A stretch of DNA of 64,000 bases from Rhynchopus sp. YZ270_cl-10. Its lineage: Eukaryota. Below, piece after piece: positions 36,883 to 48,968 of this stretch. The notes beneath the pieces are model-generated. The model ran no database searches. It was not told the DNA's origin and saw only the letters and a list, made by a program, of their open reading frames with translations. Each line of letters starts with the position of its first letter. Position 1 is the first letter of the stretch. The stretch is from NCBI GenBank assembly GCA_964035575.1, contig OZ037841.1:1550001-1614000 (forward strand), read 5' to 3'. Both the position numbers and the translations under genes were made by a program.

Positions 36883-37891
36883 CAGGCCTGGGCCTAAAGT
36901 GGGTGCCCGGGGCCCGATTTTGATTTTATTTTATTTTTTCTAAGGATTTTACACGGGGGAAAAATTATTTTTTCTAAGGATTTTATACGGGGAAAATTTA
37001 TTTTTCTAAGGGTTTTTCTTAGGGGAAAAAGTCTGGGGGGTCGGGCCGGGCCCCGTGTGGCTGAGAATAACTCGCACTCTGCCCGGGAGTGCGGTACCAA
37101 GCCATAATGAACAAAAAAAGTCTCCACCCCGCTTCCTTCGGTCTCGTCCCTTTCACCTCCCGCACAACAGAATAAATAATAATACAGTATGGTGCGTGTG
37201 ACTGCAAACGTCGAGGGAACCTTGCCTCTTGCAGTGCTGCAAGTGCTCGCCACCACGGTGGTAGCAAAGTGCATTGCGTTGGCGCACTTGGGCAGGCCCT
37301 GACGGCACTGAGGAACGAAAAAGAAAAATAATTCAGCGCCTCCCAGGTCTGCACCTTTAAAAAAAATTTGCCTGCGGCGCCATTTTCCCTTTTTTGCTCT
37401 GCAAAAAAGGATTCGCTGAGTGGCTTTGTGGTATAAAAGCTGCATTTTTTATACTGTACCCTAATTTTTTTTCGCCTGCGGCGCCGTTTTATATTCATCC
37501 CGAACATTCGGGGTGCACGTAGCGCGTAGCGCGCCCGGGTTTAGGACCCCTTCTTGAATTTCGAGGGGGCGGTTCACGTTACAGTGGGTCCAGAATCATA
37601 GTTCAATTTAACCCCGCTAAGCAACTCGCTGGTGGTAATGACCAAAACGTGTATCAGCCAAGAACTTGCCCATTTTTTTCAAAATGACCCCGTGACAGTG
37701 AGGGTAAAAGCTCGGAAAACCCGAAAAAGGCCAAAAAAAAAACCCCGAAAAGGGAAAACCGAGAACATATTTCGGCAGGGGGCAGCGTGTTCTCAGAAAA
37801 ATCCAAAAATTGCCTGTAAAAATCCTTAGAAAAAACCTGGGTGCCCGATCCAAAAAAATGGAAAAAACCCCAGGGTGCCCGCCCACCCCTG
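36883..37891. mobile_element. Non-autonomous hAT element
   Basis: Imperfect TIR CAGGCCTGGGC / GCCCACCCCTG, exact 8-bp TSD ATATAAAC (36875-36882, 37892-37899), and subterminal GGGTGCCCG repeats. Confidence 0.85.
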
Positions 37892-38984
37892 ATATAAACT
37901 AAGGGTCACATTAGGGTGCTGAATGCATCTCTTGGGGTTTAAAAAAAAAACTAAAAGAAAATGGATGTGTTGACCACAACACAACATCATCGGCAAAATT
38001 AGCCGAGCACAAATCAGAGTTTCCCATTTTTTCCCCCCCTATTTCTCAATCTCTCTGGCTCTGAAAGGATGAATAAAGGTACGACGGCTTGTATGTGTTC
38101 CCATTATTTTTCGGGGTGAGGACTTAGGTTCATCTTACCAAATTTTCTTTTTTTTGTCTGTTTTGGGTCTTATTATTTGACTACGAGCTGCTATCCCGTG
38201 ATAGTACTCTATTGTCAAACAATTTTTTTTTGGGTTTTAGCAGACCCATGAATCAGCTGTATTTTTGATGCGTCAGAAGGAAAATGTAGCTTGAACGTAC
38301 ACGGAGGCTACTCGAGCCTTCTGTGCAAAGTAGTTACGTCCACGCGCAGTCCTTCGCAGAATCTGTTTTATTTTTGTTTTTTCTTTTGACAATTTGTTAT
38401 GCTTTTGTTTTTTTTTTGAACTCATGTTCTTCGAAATGCGGGGTGTCCTTCCTTTACTGCGCTTAATTCTTGGTGAGTTGCAGAAAAAAAAAAATTGTGC
38501 CGAGGGGGTGACTGTGTGGGGAAGGGCACTTCACCATTTTTTTAATTCACAAATTTAAAAAAACGTCTAGCAGACTGCACAAACCTGGGTGGCGGGGGGA
38601 TGGTATTTATCTACAACAAAACAGACAATGGTATACAACACTACCCACACAAAACAAAACAAAAAAACAAAGGGAGGAAAAGTTCTTCTTTCAATTTAAA
38701 AAAAAAACAGAAAACATCACTCATGATTTCCGCTCTTTCCCACCACAACATCCCCTCGATCCCCTCCCCGATGAGAAGCGGGAATAGGCATGATATCAAC
38801 CTCAAAATGGATGTAGGACTGCATGGTTGGATGCACCGGTCGTACACTGCTCACGAGAGGGCTTTGTGTTTCAAATTTAAATCAAATTTATGGTAACACA
38901 GGCTTTCTCAACGTATATTATAATAAACTCTTTTTTTGTTTTTCTTCGAACACAACACCCAAAACAGGTGGGTGTGGGCACAAT

Positions 38985-40322
38985 ATGCCGCTTTCATGCC
39001 CACCAAAGGAGGTGCGGATGAACACTGTTATGTTTCTTCTGCCGCTTTCGGTGATTGTGGTCATTGGTGCGGCGACGCTGCTGTTCAACTTCGGCTGCTG
39101 CGTGAAGCTGGCGACGGAGAACCCGGCAGACTCCTTCTTTTGCTGGGTACGCTTCTACACTTTGGTTGCGGTGCCAATGGTGTCGTGCTTTGCAGGGTTT
39201 TGGGAGGTCTGTTTTGTAGGGCTTCTCCTTCCACAGTGGAAGAATTCATATAAAAACCTTCATGGGGATTGGCTCCACTTTGCTGAATATTTCTTCGAAA
39301 AGATGGAAATGGGTTCCCGTTTTGTCGCGCTTGCATCAATTGTGTATTCACATTTCCTGATTTACCTTATTCTTGTTGTTGCAGTCTTTGCACACCCATT
39401 CCCTTCTCTCTACAATTCGGATGCGCTCAGATCTTCATACTCGGGTGGTGGTGATACATTCACCCTCGATCCTTCGCTTTGCATGGAGCACATAAACGAA
39501 GCGACCGAGGTAGGCACCGTCCCATTCACATCAGACTATTTCGTTCTCTCTGACGCGAAGTGGTCACTCGACCCATCCTCCAGGCGGGTCTTCAGGGAGG
39601 GTGACGTCGACGTGGTGGGGTTCAACCTGGCTGTGTCTGACAATTCAAGCAACGTTTTTTGTATATTTAATGTTCACGTGGTGTGTCTTGAATCACTCCA
39701 CGCGATGCCACCAGATCTACTCAGATACAAATGCCCAAAAGGGGAGCTGGGTGACGTAAATTTGCGTCGGATGAGCGTATCAGATTTTAAGTGGAAGCGG
39801 GACCTTGCGGACTATGCGGGGTACCGCTCTGGAGACAACATGGCGGTTGCGCTTGGTGGATTCCTCCAGTACAACAGCAGCTCCTACAAGGAAACCCAAA
39901 TTCTCCTCCACGAGCTGGATGCCGCCATCACAGACACCGCCTGGCGCTGCCACATTGTCTTCATAGCCCTCCTCCTCCTCGGCCCTCTGCTCTTCTGCTA
40001 TATGTACCTCGCTGCGCTCAAACGCGCAAAGGTCTGGTCCCACGCTCTAACCCCATTTGACGCAGAAATTGGTCCCATATTCTCAGAAGAAACTGAACAA
40101 CGGATGGAACGAGAAAGAAGGGAAAGGGAAGATGAGGCTGATACAGAGGTGGAAGTCGTGCAGGAGGAGGAAACGAGAGATGAGGATGTGCGTGGATCTG
40201 CTGGAGAAGTGGGGGAGGTGGATGTGGAGGAAGAGGAAGAGGAACGACAGCAAGAGGAGGAGGAGGAGGAGGAGGACGCTGACGACTCGGCTATCAACCC
40301 ACTTCTACCAAGCGTGCGATGA
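38985..40322 (+). CDS. Multi-pass membrane protein of unknown function with an acidic C-terminal tail
   Basis: Long ORF with about four hydrophobic segments and an E/D-rich tail. ATG 38985 follows an AAACAG acceptor; the start could instead be 39018. Confidence 0.7.
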   Translation: MPLSCPPKEVRMNTVMFLLPLSVIVVIGAATLLFNFGCCVKLATENPADSFFCWVRFYTLVAVPMVSCFAGFWEVCFVGLLLPQWKNSYKNLHGDWLHFAEYFFEKMEMGSRFVALASIVYSHFLIYLILVVAVFAHPFPSLYNSDALRSSYSGGGDTFTLDPSLCMEHINEATEVGTVPFTSDYFVLSDAKWSLDPSSRRVFREGDVDVVGFNLAVSDNSSNVFCIFNVHVVCLESLHAMPPDLLRYKCPKGELGDVNLRRMSVSDFKWKRDLADYAGYRSGDNMAVALGGFLQYNSSSYKETQILLHELDAAITDTAWRCHIVFIALLLLGPLLFCYMYLAALKRAKVWSHALTPFDAEIGPIFSEETEQRMERERREREDEADTEVEVVQEEETRDEDVRGSAGEVGEVDVEEEEEERQQEEEEEEEDADDSAINPLLPSVR

Positions 40323-40992
40323 AAGAGAATAATGGTAGGGGAAAGATAGCATCTGTTCGTCTGATTAGTTGGCGCTCTACGTCATATGCACTGTGTATTG
40401 CAAGAATTTGCGTAAAGTGCCTTGCGGCGTGCGAATTACCAATTTAGGGTGGAGGGTGGGTTTGTGTTAATATATCCTAGAAAGCCGCATATTATTTATG
40501 TGTGAAACGGAGTGTGAAATGGATTCGCACTGTCTAATTTGCAATAATGTTCAAAAAAAACCGGGGATGATATTGACATCTTTTTCCAAATCTGTGTGTG
40601 TTTTATCGCAAATCCAACACTTTCCACAGGCACTTCCTCTCCCCCTCGCCTCTTCTGGCCACACCTGCCCCCCCACCGCTCTTGTAGTGGAAGGTGTGCG
40701 AACACCACATCATGACACAGTACCCAGGGCTGCAGCTGCTGGGGGGTACAGTAGAAGATGGGGGAACTGGTATGTGTTTCTGATATGTTCCTGTCTTTCG
40801 CCTCCCTCAGTTTTAGAAGCGGGGTCCACCCCGGTACACCCGATCGTTGCACCAAGGTTCACTGTCGCGGGCTGTATTTCAACTCAAGTTTAGGTTTATC
40901 TACGTACACCTTTTTTTTTCTTCCCCACAGCACACCCCAGCCTGCAGCTCCTCCACGCACCCGCGCATGAAGTGTACAACGGGAGTATTCAC

Positions 40993-42027
40993 ATGGTGCT
41001 CTCACTGGGAGGCGAAGGGGGCGGGCCGGAGTTTACTGCCCTGAAGACACTGCAGGGGATGCTGGAGGGACAGCCTTTGGGGCAGAACGGCAACGAGGAG
41101 AATGCACCACCTGCACCAGAGACGACACCTGAGGCAAATACGACAGCAGAGGTGCATGAGGAGAGCGCTGAGGGTGCAGGGGAGGGGGGCATTGGGGATG
41201 CGGTGGGACAGAAGGAGAAAGAGGAGCCAACACCACAGCCCTCATCCCCACCAAAGGAGGCAGCTGAGGTGCCTGCACAGGAGACGATAGAGGCGCAGAG
41301 GTGTGCAAATGAAATTCCTCCTTCTCTTTGTGTTCGTCATTTGTTTTATTATTTTATGTTCGGGTTAAATTCAATTTGTATTTTTTATCACAGAATGCCC
41401 ACCCCGCCGTCCACCAAACGCAAAACAAGCGTCTCAAAGCGCGCTAGTCTCCCCCCCGTCAAGGTGCACGCCACACGAGGCAGACGCGGCACCGAGCTCT
41501 ACTCCCCGCTCGACCGCCTCGCAAGCAAGAAGCAGCGTGCGGACCTCTCGACACACAGCGGACGACGTCTGTTCACACAGAGCCTCCAAGAGGAGCAGCG
41601 CGCGAGGGAAACAGCGCGCACTTCAGTCATCCCACAAGAGGAACCCCCGTATGCACACACCCCCCCATCCGGCAGTCACCTTTTTTTTTTTTTTTTACAT
41701 CAACCCAACAGAGAACGTACTGTCGTCGCACTTCCTGAGCTGGTGCGGAGAGCAAGCAAACCCAAAGGCGAGTCTTGCGAAGCGTTGCAGGCGATCAATG
41801 CAAAGCAGGGCCGCTTGCGGCATGAGATCGACAGCATCCAGGTGCGCAGCGATGCGCGCCTCACAGAGCGTAAGCAGCGGCAACGCAAGCGAACCGCGTC
41901 CAAGAACGGCAACCTCCCCCCTCTTCCCTCTGGTACGAGCGTCAAACTCCCCAAAGTCACCGTCCAAGAACGTGGCAGGGGAAAGCTTCTCTACGACATC
42001 TGCCGTAACTATGGCCATGCTGCGTAG
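40993..42027 (+). CDS. Hypothetical disordered/coiled-coil protein with probable in-frame introns 41301-41393 and 41649-41711
   Basis: Coding-like composition is interrupted by two T-rich GT...ACAG segments of 93 and 63 nt. Confidence 0.65.
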   Translation: MVLSLGGEGGGPEFTALKTLQGMLEGQPLGQNGNEENAPPAPETTPEANTTAEVHEESAEGAGEGGIGDAVGQKEKEEPTPQPSSPPKEAAEVPAQETIEAQRCANEIPPSLCVRHLFYYFMFGLNSICIFYHRMPTPPSTKRKTSVSKRASLPPVKVHATRGRRGTELYSPLDRLASKKQRADLSTHSGRRLFTQSLQEEQRARETARTSVIPQEEPPYAHTPPSGSHLFFFFLHQPNRERTVVALPELVRRASKPKGESCEALQAINAKQGRLRHEIDSIQVRSDARLTERKQRQRKRTASKNGNLPPLPSGTSVKLPKVTVQERGRGKLLYDICRNYGHAA

Positions 42028-42719
42028 GCTGGGTTGGTGGGATGGAAAAGTGGGTGTTCGGGTGGTGGCCATAAAACAGGGCATTTCTGTAAAGCTCGTG
42101 GAATATGGGTTTTAAAAGGTGAGTGTTGTAAGTGTTGCAAGGTGACTAAGCTGCGAGGCTTGGGTTCATTTAATTCCCCTCTGTCAGTCTGTTTGTCTCG
42201 CCGCCTTCGTCTTTTTTTTGTGCTTTCCAGCCACGAAAAATAATGAAGAATATTTTGCTCCCTCACCCCCGCCTTCCGTGTTTTCTTTATTACCTTCAGA
42301 CCTTTTTGATTCAAAGTTTTCTTTCGCTTTCTTTCCTTAGTTTTTTCAGTTTTCCGTCGAAATTCAAAACAACGATTTTTTTTTTTTTTGCATTTTTCCC
42401 CTTATGGCGAGCAGACATGGCACGGTCTCGATGTCATCATCCCTGAGAGAATTCTTGAGGGCGTGAGACAGAGTCACACGGGAACGATCGTTTTAACCGC
42501 GCGCAGAAAGATCCTCATATTTTTTCACTTTCCTGGAGTGTCCATTGCTGCAAGAAAACTCATCCAACGACTGCGAAACCTGTTGCCGCAGGATTTCCAC
42601 CTCATACCATACCTCCCCAGCTTTCCTACTGCACCATTGTCAGGTATATTTAAACCTTTTGTTTTTGCAACTTCACCTACACACCCGCACCGCCAACGAT
42701 CCGTACAAAAGCCGCAACG

Positions 42720-44654
42720 ATGCGCACTCTATCGGTGTTCACTACAGTGGTGGTGGCGATGCTTGCTCAGCTCGCCCATGCAGAGGATGTGCACACAGAG
42801 GAGCACGTGGGGAATGAAACATCGCACACAGGCGAACATGAGTCGCACTCAGCAGAGCACTCGGGTGAACACTCCGCGGAAGCAAACGAAACGCATTCGC
42901 TGGGCCACACAGAGGAGCACACTGGTGAACACACTGGCGAGCACACGTCACACACTGGCGAACACACTGGTGAGCACACGTCACACACGGGCGAACACAC
43001 TGGTGAGCACACCGGAGAGCACACATCACACACTGGTGAGCACACATCACACTCAGGAGAACACGCGTCGCACGGACACTCTGATGAGCACGAAGAGACG
43101 TTTGCAGGCTTCAACGCAACGTCTGTGGAGGAGCTGCAGGAGAAGTACGATGCGAACAAGGACCACGAGCTGAACAGAACAGAGGCGTTTGTGCTGTGGC
43201 GCGACGTGCTCGGGCAGGACCTGCTCGAGAGCCAGCTTGCGTGTGTGGAGGACGTGCTGAGCCACACACACGAGGCTGGACACGTGCGCACACTTGGGAG
43301 TGCGGAGATGCACTTCCTGCTTGTGAACGCGGCGCTGGTGAAGGCGTACCAGATGTGCGAGCACAGCTACACGTCTGCAGTGGAGAAGCTGATGGAGATG
43401 GCGGGCGGCAGTGCAGCGGGTCTGGAGGTGTCGGATGTGAAGGCGCTGTACAGGCTGATCATGAGCTCTGCCGCGGCTGGTGTTGCGCTTGAGGACGACC
43501 ACTCGGACCACGCACACGGGCGTGCGGCAGACGTGCTTGCAGAGGATGCACACGAGCACGAACATGAGTGCCAGGGCTACAGCAACATTGTGTCGACTGT
43601 GGGGGACAAGGACACGCTGTCTGCGGCAGAGGTGACGGCAGTGGTGGAGGCTGTGTTGTTGGACAAGGTGCACGCATGTGTCTCGGACACAGACGAGTGC
43701 ACAGGTCCGTCACGCAGCGAGAGGTACGGGTACACTGTGCTGGCTGTGTCGCTTCTGACGTTCCTGTCGATTGTGCTTGTGATTGTGGCAGTGCCGCTGC
43801 TGATGGCACACCCGATTGTGCTGCAGGTGATGTTGTCGTTCGCGATTGGTGCACTTCTAGGTGATGCATTTTTCCACATTGTGCCGATCCTGATGGGAGT
43901 GCACGGGGGCTTCTCAGAGGGCCTGAGTGACGCGGACATCAACGGGAGACTTGCAGTGGCCCTGGCGACGGTGCTTGTGTTCTACTGGGTGGACGCTGTG
44001 AGCAGGATTGTGCTGGGCGGCGAGTCTGTGCACGAGCACGCGCACGAGCACATGCACGAGCAGGACGCTGAGAGGGCTGTGACCGGAACGGAGCCTGCGA
44101 ACTTGGAGGAGGAGTCGCAGAGTGTTGAGGTGACGCCAAAGGAAAAGCCGGGCTGGTTCAGCTGGACACCGATGGCACAGGTGGGCCGTATTGCGTGGGT
44201 GGTGGTGATTGCGGACGGCTGCCACAACATCACGGACGGGCTGTCGATCGGTGCGTCGTTCTCTCGCAGCAAGTCGCTTGGTCTGTCGACGTCGCTTGCG
44301 GTGTGCTTCCACGAGATTCCACAGGAGGTGGCGGACTTTGCGATCCTGCTGAGCTCTGGGATGTCGCCTCTGCAGGCAGTGATTCTGAACGGGCTGTCTG
44401 GTGCGACAAGCATCGTTGCAGGCATCGTTGCGTGCATCATCGGCGACTCTTCGAAGGATGCGGAGCCGTGGATGCTGGCGGTGACGCTGGGCTCGTTTGT
44501 GTACCTTGCACTGGGTGTGGTGCTGCCGGAGGTGCTTGAGGCAGAGAAAGGACAGCACTCTGTCCTGAACATGGTCATGTGCTCGTTGGGGATGGTTGCA
44601 GGGGCAACTGTCCTCTGGATCATTGCCATCACAGAGGACCACGGCAGCTGCTAG
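42720..44654 (+). CDS. ZIP (SLC39, LIV-1-like) zinc/metal transporter with a signal peptide and His-rich ectodomain
   Basis: 'SFAIGALLGDAFFHIVP', 'DGCHNITDG', 'CFHEIPQEVADF', 'GSFVYLAL'; about 8 TM helices; His-rich TM3-4 loop. Confidence 0.95.
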   Translation: MRTLSVFTTVVVAMLAQLAHAEDVHTEEHVGNETSHTGEHESHSAEHSGEHSAEANETHSLGHTEEHTGEHTGEHTSHTGEHTGEHTSHTGEHTGEHTGEHTSHTGEHTSHSGEHASHGHSDEHEETFAGFNATSVEELQEKYDANKDHELNRTEAFVLWRDVLGQDLLESQLACVEDVLSHTHEAGHVRTLGSAEMHFLLVNAALVKAYQMCEHSYTSAVEKLMEMAGGSAAGLEVSDVKALYRLIMSSAAAGVALEDDHSDHAHGRAADVLAEDAHEHEHECQGYSNIVSTVGDKDTLSAAEVTAVVEAVLLDKVHACVSDTDECTGPSRSERYGYTVLAVSLLTFLSIVLVIVAVPLLMAHPIVLQVMLSFAIGALLGDAFFHIVPILMGVHGGFSEGLSDADINGRLAVALATVLVFYWVDAVSRIVLGGESVHEHAHEHMHEQDAERAVTGTEPANLEEESQSVEVTPKEKPGWFSWTPMAQVGRIAWVVVIADGCHNITDGLSIGASFSRSKSLGLSTSLAVCFHEIPQEVADFAILLSSGMSPLQAVILNGLSGATSIVAGIVACIIGDSSKDAEPWMLAVTLGSFVYLALGVVLPEVLEAEKGQHSVLNMVMCSLGMVAGATVLWIIAITEDHGSC

Positions 44655-46618
44655 TGGTTGCATTTTTGATTTGATTTTATTTTTTTGACTTTAATTCAAC
44701 TTTTTTCCAAATTCTACTTCTGCAGCCATGCAGCTGTGCTCATTTTGAATGGATCTTTCTCTTCCACAGGGGAAGCTCAGTGTGTTCAGCTGTGTCTTCT
44801 ACCTGACGTCCATTTTTCCCTCCCCCCATTTTAGAGCAACGGTACAAGCACAATTTTTGGCTGGTGTTACCCCAGTCAGGCGTGTGTTTTTCTTTACTTC
44901 ATCTGCAAGAGGTAGGCAAGGTGTGCGTGGCGGCGTACATACGCAGAACATCTCATCCACCACGCCATCTGCCTGTCTCGCGCAGCTACCTATTCGTTTC
45001 TGTTTCGGGATCAAAATCAATTCATAACTTCACCGTTAATAGAGTCGAGACTTTGTCGGCGTGAGGCATTTGTTAGTTTTTTGCTGGTTTCGCGGCCTTT
45101 TCTTGCGTGTTGTCTACGGGAATTTATTTTCTTATATGGACAACTTTGCCAGAATTGTGCTGTGGGCAGCATTTGCGTGCTTCTGCAATTTTTTTTTTTA
45201 AATTCTATCTTCGACGTTACGGTGTTGCTAGCGAGTGTCTTTTTTGTATTGACTTTTGTCTGTACGAAAAAAAAGCTTTGCTCCTTTTTGTCCCCTTTGA
45301 GAATTTGTTGGAATGGTACAGCTGCCGTGCCGGCCTAGTGCAATGTGTAGTGCAGTCTGTGCCGTTTCTTCAAACGTTCATTGCCTCTATTTTCTTCTTC
45401 CGAATTTATATTTTTTTTATTTTGAACGTAATGCGAGTTATTGGGGGGGAGGAAAGTGCGAGGTTCCAGAATGTGGTTTCCTTTCCCAGGATCCTGTGCG
45501 CAGCCAGACAGAGATGGAGGGCTGTGCTTGATCGAGTTTGCCTTATGAGGCATAAGGGAAAGGGAACGTGCAAGATAACTGCCTCGTGTCAAGTGCCTTT
45601 GGGGGGGGGAAAAGAAAACCCCCAAAGTGCCCTCCAACCCCAATTCAATATGAAAAGGAATCAAAACCATAAATTTATATTTTATAATTTTGCTGTAAAA
45701 ATAAACGGAAACAAAAAAATTAGCCAAATAAACAAAATTACTCTCTTTTCCCCTCAGGGAAATGAGAACCATTTGCAATGTTCACTCATTTCAAGCGTTT
45801 TTTTGTTTCGGGTGTCTTTTTAGTTCATCATTTTTTTGACACCCTTCAACCCATCAATTCATTTTCCCCTCTATTTTCTATTGTTCAAAAAGTTGAAAAG
45901 CGGTTTTTAGGGTAATTTTCTTCACCGCTAAGGCCTTTAAGAAATGATGTGCCAGAAACCATGCTGGAACACATTCGTTTCTTACCTAGGTCACACACCA
46001 TAGACACATGATAAGAAGCATACCCATATGTTTTCTAGGTGCACAAACAACCGCCCTCCCAATCCCATCTCCCATAGCCCCACCGCCCCACCCTGCACTT
46101 TACTCCATACGTGCCCTGTGTGCTTTCATTCACCACACACACAGCCACTCTCTTCGCCACAGTTTTGCTTCGCACATCGTTTTGGTAAGAGTGCTTTTTC
46201 ATTTTCCCTCTGTGGGGTTACCCTCTAAGATGATTGCGTGTTTGTAGAGCTGGAAGCGAGAGAAAAGGGGTGTGGGCTGAAAAGACACGGTGTACTATGG
46301 AATAAGATGAGCTTTTTCTTTGTAAACCATGTGCGTGGGTTTATTTTTATTTTTGAAACCGAATCCCCCATTTTTTCGTTAAGGTGTGTGAGCATGGGTA
46401 GGGCTCATTCATCTTTTTTTTTCATTTTACTTTTCCGTTCGAATATTACTTATGCTCTCTTTGTACCTCGCTTTTGCTTGGGAACATTGCTTGCAAACCA
46501 TATTCCAATCTCTTACAAAAAAAAAACACTGAAAATACTTGAATTTTTTTGTGCAGTACACCATTTCCCCAATGAAACCCATTATTCCCTCTACACCACC
46601 TCCAGGCTATGGACGGAA

Positions 46619-48968
46619 ATGCCACATAGCTCCTACTCCGCTTTCAAACAGTACCAAACCGGCCGTCGCATCTCACCAGTACGCGGGCATGCAGGCAGGG
46701 CACTAAGCCCACCACACGGCGGCACACAACACCACACACCGCACGCAGCCATGATCCGCTCACCACACTCCCCGTACGAACACACCGATGCCTCATGGGA
46801 AGATGCAAGCCAGCAAGACTACGCCCCATACCACTCCCCGCACGACCGCCGTACCCGCACCCGCGATACATACCGCGACAGAGAAGAAGAATCATCCCAC
46901 GTCTTCATGCACGGAAGACGCTCAAACGGTCCCCCCAAACGTTCATGGAGCGCGCACAGCCAGCCTGGTCGGAGGCCACGCTCTGGGTCGCCAAAAACAC
47001 CGGTTCGGAACAACGAATCCAGCTTTGGAAGCCACGACAACGGACAACGCCTTCGATTTGACGAGGACCATGTCTGGGAGCGTGACCGGGTGTACGACCA
47101 ACAGCAGAGCGGCAGTGATGGGACGCCTCCACGACGGAGGGAAAAGGGGAGACGGAGTCCTCCGAGGAGGGAAAGCGATCGGGATCGCTGGCATTATGAA
47201 CGGGACCGGGAGTTGTTTGAGCGCAGGGAGCGGGAGTTGGAGGACGAGGTGAGGCGGTGCAAGCATCAGCTGCATTTGGCGAATGCTGAGGCAGACGCCT
47301 TAAGACGAGACCTTGCGACACGGACAGAAGAGCTCTCTGCAGCAGAACGCGAGCTGGCCGCCCAACGACGTGACAGAGGCACCTCCTCACGCCACCGCCC
47401 CTCCCACAAAGACGCCGCACCCCCCATGCACCTCCCCCCCGACGCACAGTCCACAGCACCCCCATCCCCACGCCGCTCCCTCTCCTCCGAAGCACGCCCC
47501 CAACGGCCACCCAAACACATCACCGTTCAGGTCCCCTCGCAGCCCCTCGCAGAAGGTGTCTTCACACTCCGCAATGGAGAGACGCTGAACGGCTTTCCCG
47601 TATGGGGCTGTGATGACAAACGGATGTATTCCGGCTCCCGGGAATATTGGTTGATTACCGATGAGTCGAGCGACATGGCGAAGAGCAGGGGGTATGTGCA
47701 GAGTGGGAAGCCTCATGAGGGTGCCATGCCTCATGTCATTACGGAGTGGAAGATCTTCGATAGTGAAGGGTGGGTGCAAGACAGGTCTGTGCGGGTGAGG
47801 GAGGGGGGCACGCCGGTAGAGAAGCGCGAGACGACACGGCGTGCAAATCCGAGTGTAGAAGACACAACGTACAAGCCGCCACGTTCGACGCAGCTCACGA
47901 AGGTGCCAGCGTCGGTGCACCAGGTGCAGCAACCGCCAGCAGCATACGACTCTACACCGCCAGGTTCCGCGAACGTCTCCTCCACCCGCCTCTCCTGGAA
48001 GGGCCCACCACAGCGTGGCCCACCGCAGCCACAGCGCACGGAGCGAGAGCGCGGCACAGCACCGTCGCTGTCGGTGCTCTCCACACGACACGCAACAGCA
48101 CTGCAGAAGGGTGCACAGTATTGGAAGGTATGCCTATGAAAACAAACATTGGGGTTTCCACTAGGTAGCCTTAGGGACCACCCCTTTGGGAAGGCCTTAA
48201 CTCTGAAGGGTGGAGAAGATGAACTACGACTTTAGCGTAGTGCAAAAAAATGCGGAAACCATTTGAGTCCCTTAGTTCCCCTTGAGGTGGGTGCTTCGGG
48301 TGGTGGCACACCAAACTCTCCTACTACAGTATTCCCTGCACCGTGACGCGGAGCTGAAGATTGTGACAATCTCCGATACTGATGGGCAGCCGCTTCTGTA
48401 CTACAAAGACCTGCAGGTATGTGCTGTTTTTGCCGTATCCCCTAATTGGCACAATATACCGTCCAAAGCCCCATTAAATCAAACAAAACCCCCACAAAAA
48501 CAAAACAAAACAAAACACAGGCCGACGCAGTAAGGAAGAGGGTACCACTATCCGAGATCAAGAGTGTCTCCTTGGGGCCGTTGGAGTCGCGCACCTTTGC
48601 AAAGGGCCCAACAAAGGTGTGCTTTTAAAAATATTTTACCTTCTGGATTGAACGTCTGTACTCACCTCGGAATATCAAAGGAGTCTTTGTTAAGATGTTC
48701 ATTATCATCGTATCATACACTTTTTGTACAGATCCGCGACGCAGGGATGTGCTTCTCCATCAGCGTCGGGCAGGCGATTATCGACCTCGAGGCGGCAAAC
48801 CAGGAGGACCTCGTGAACATAGTGACAGGCATCTCGGTGGCGTGCAGTGCGTCCATGAAGCAGTCTGGGCAGACGCCTCTCACAACGGAGACAGAAGTCG
48901 AAGCTGCGCAGCAAGCGGTCCGCCACCTGTGGGCAAACGCAGAGAAGTTCATGACTCTTGCGTTGTGA
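46619..48968 (+). CDS. Arg/Ser/Pro-rich coiled-coil protein with a C-terminal PLC-type PH domain; exons 46619-48127, 48330-48416, 48521-48616, 48732-48968
   Basis: The spliced C-terminus reads 'LQKGAQYWKY...VPLSEIKSVSLG...CFSI...IDLEAANQEDLVNIVTGI'. Three phase-0 GT-AG introns. Confidence 0.82.
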
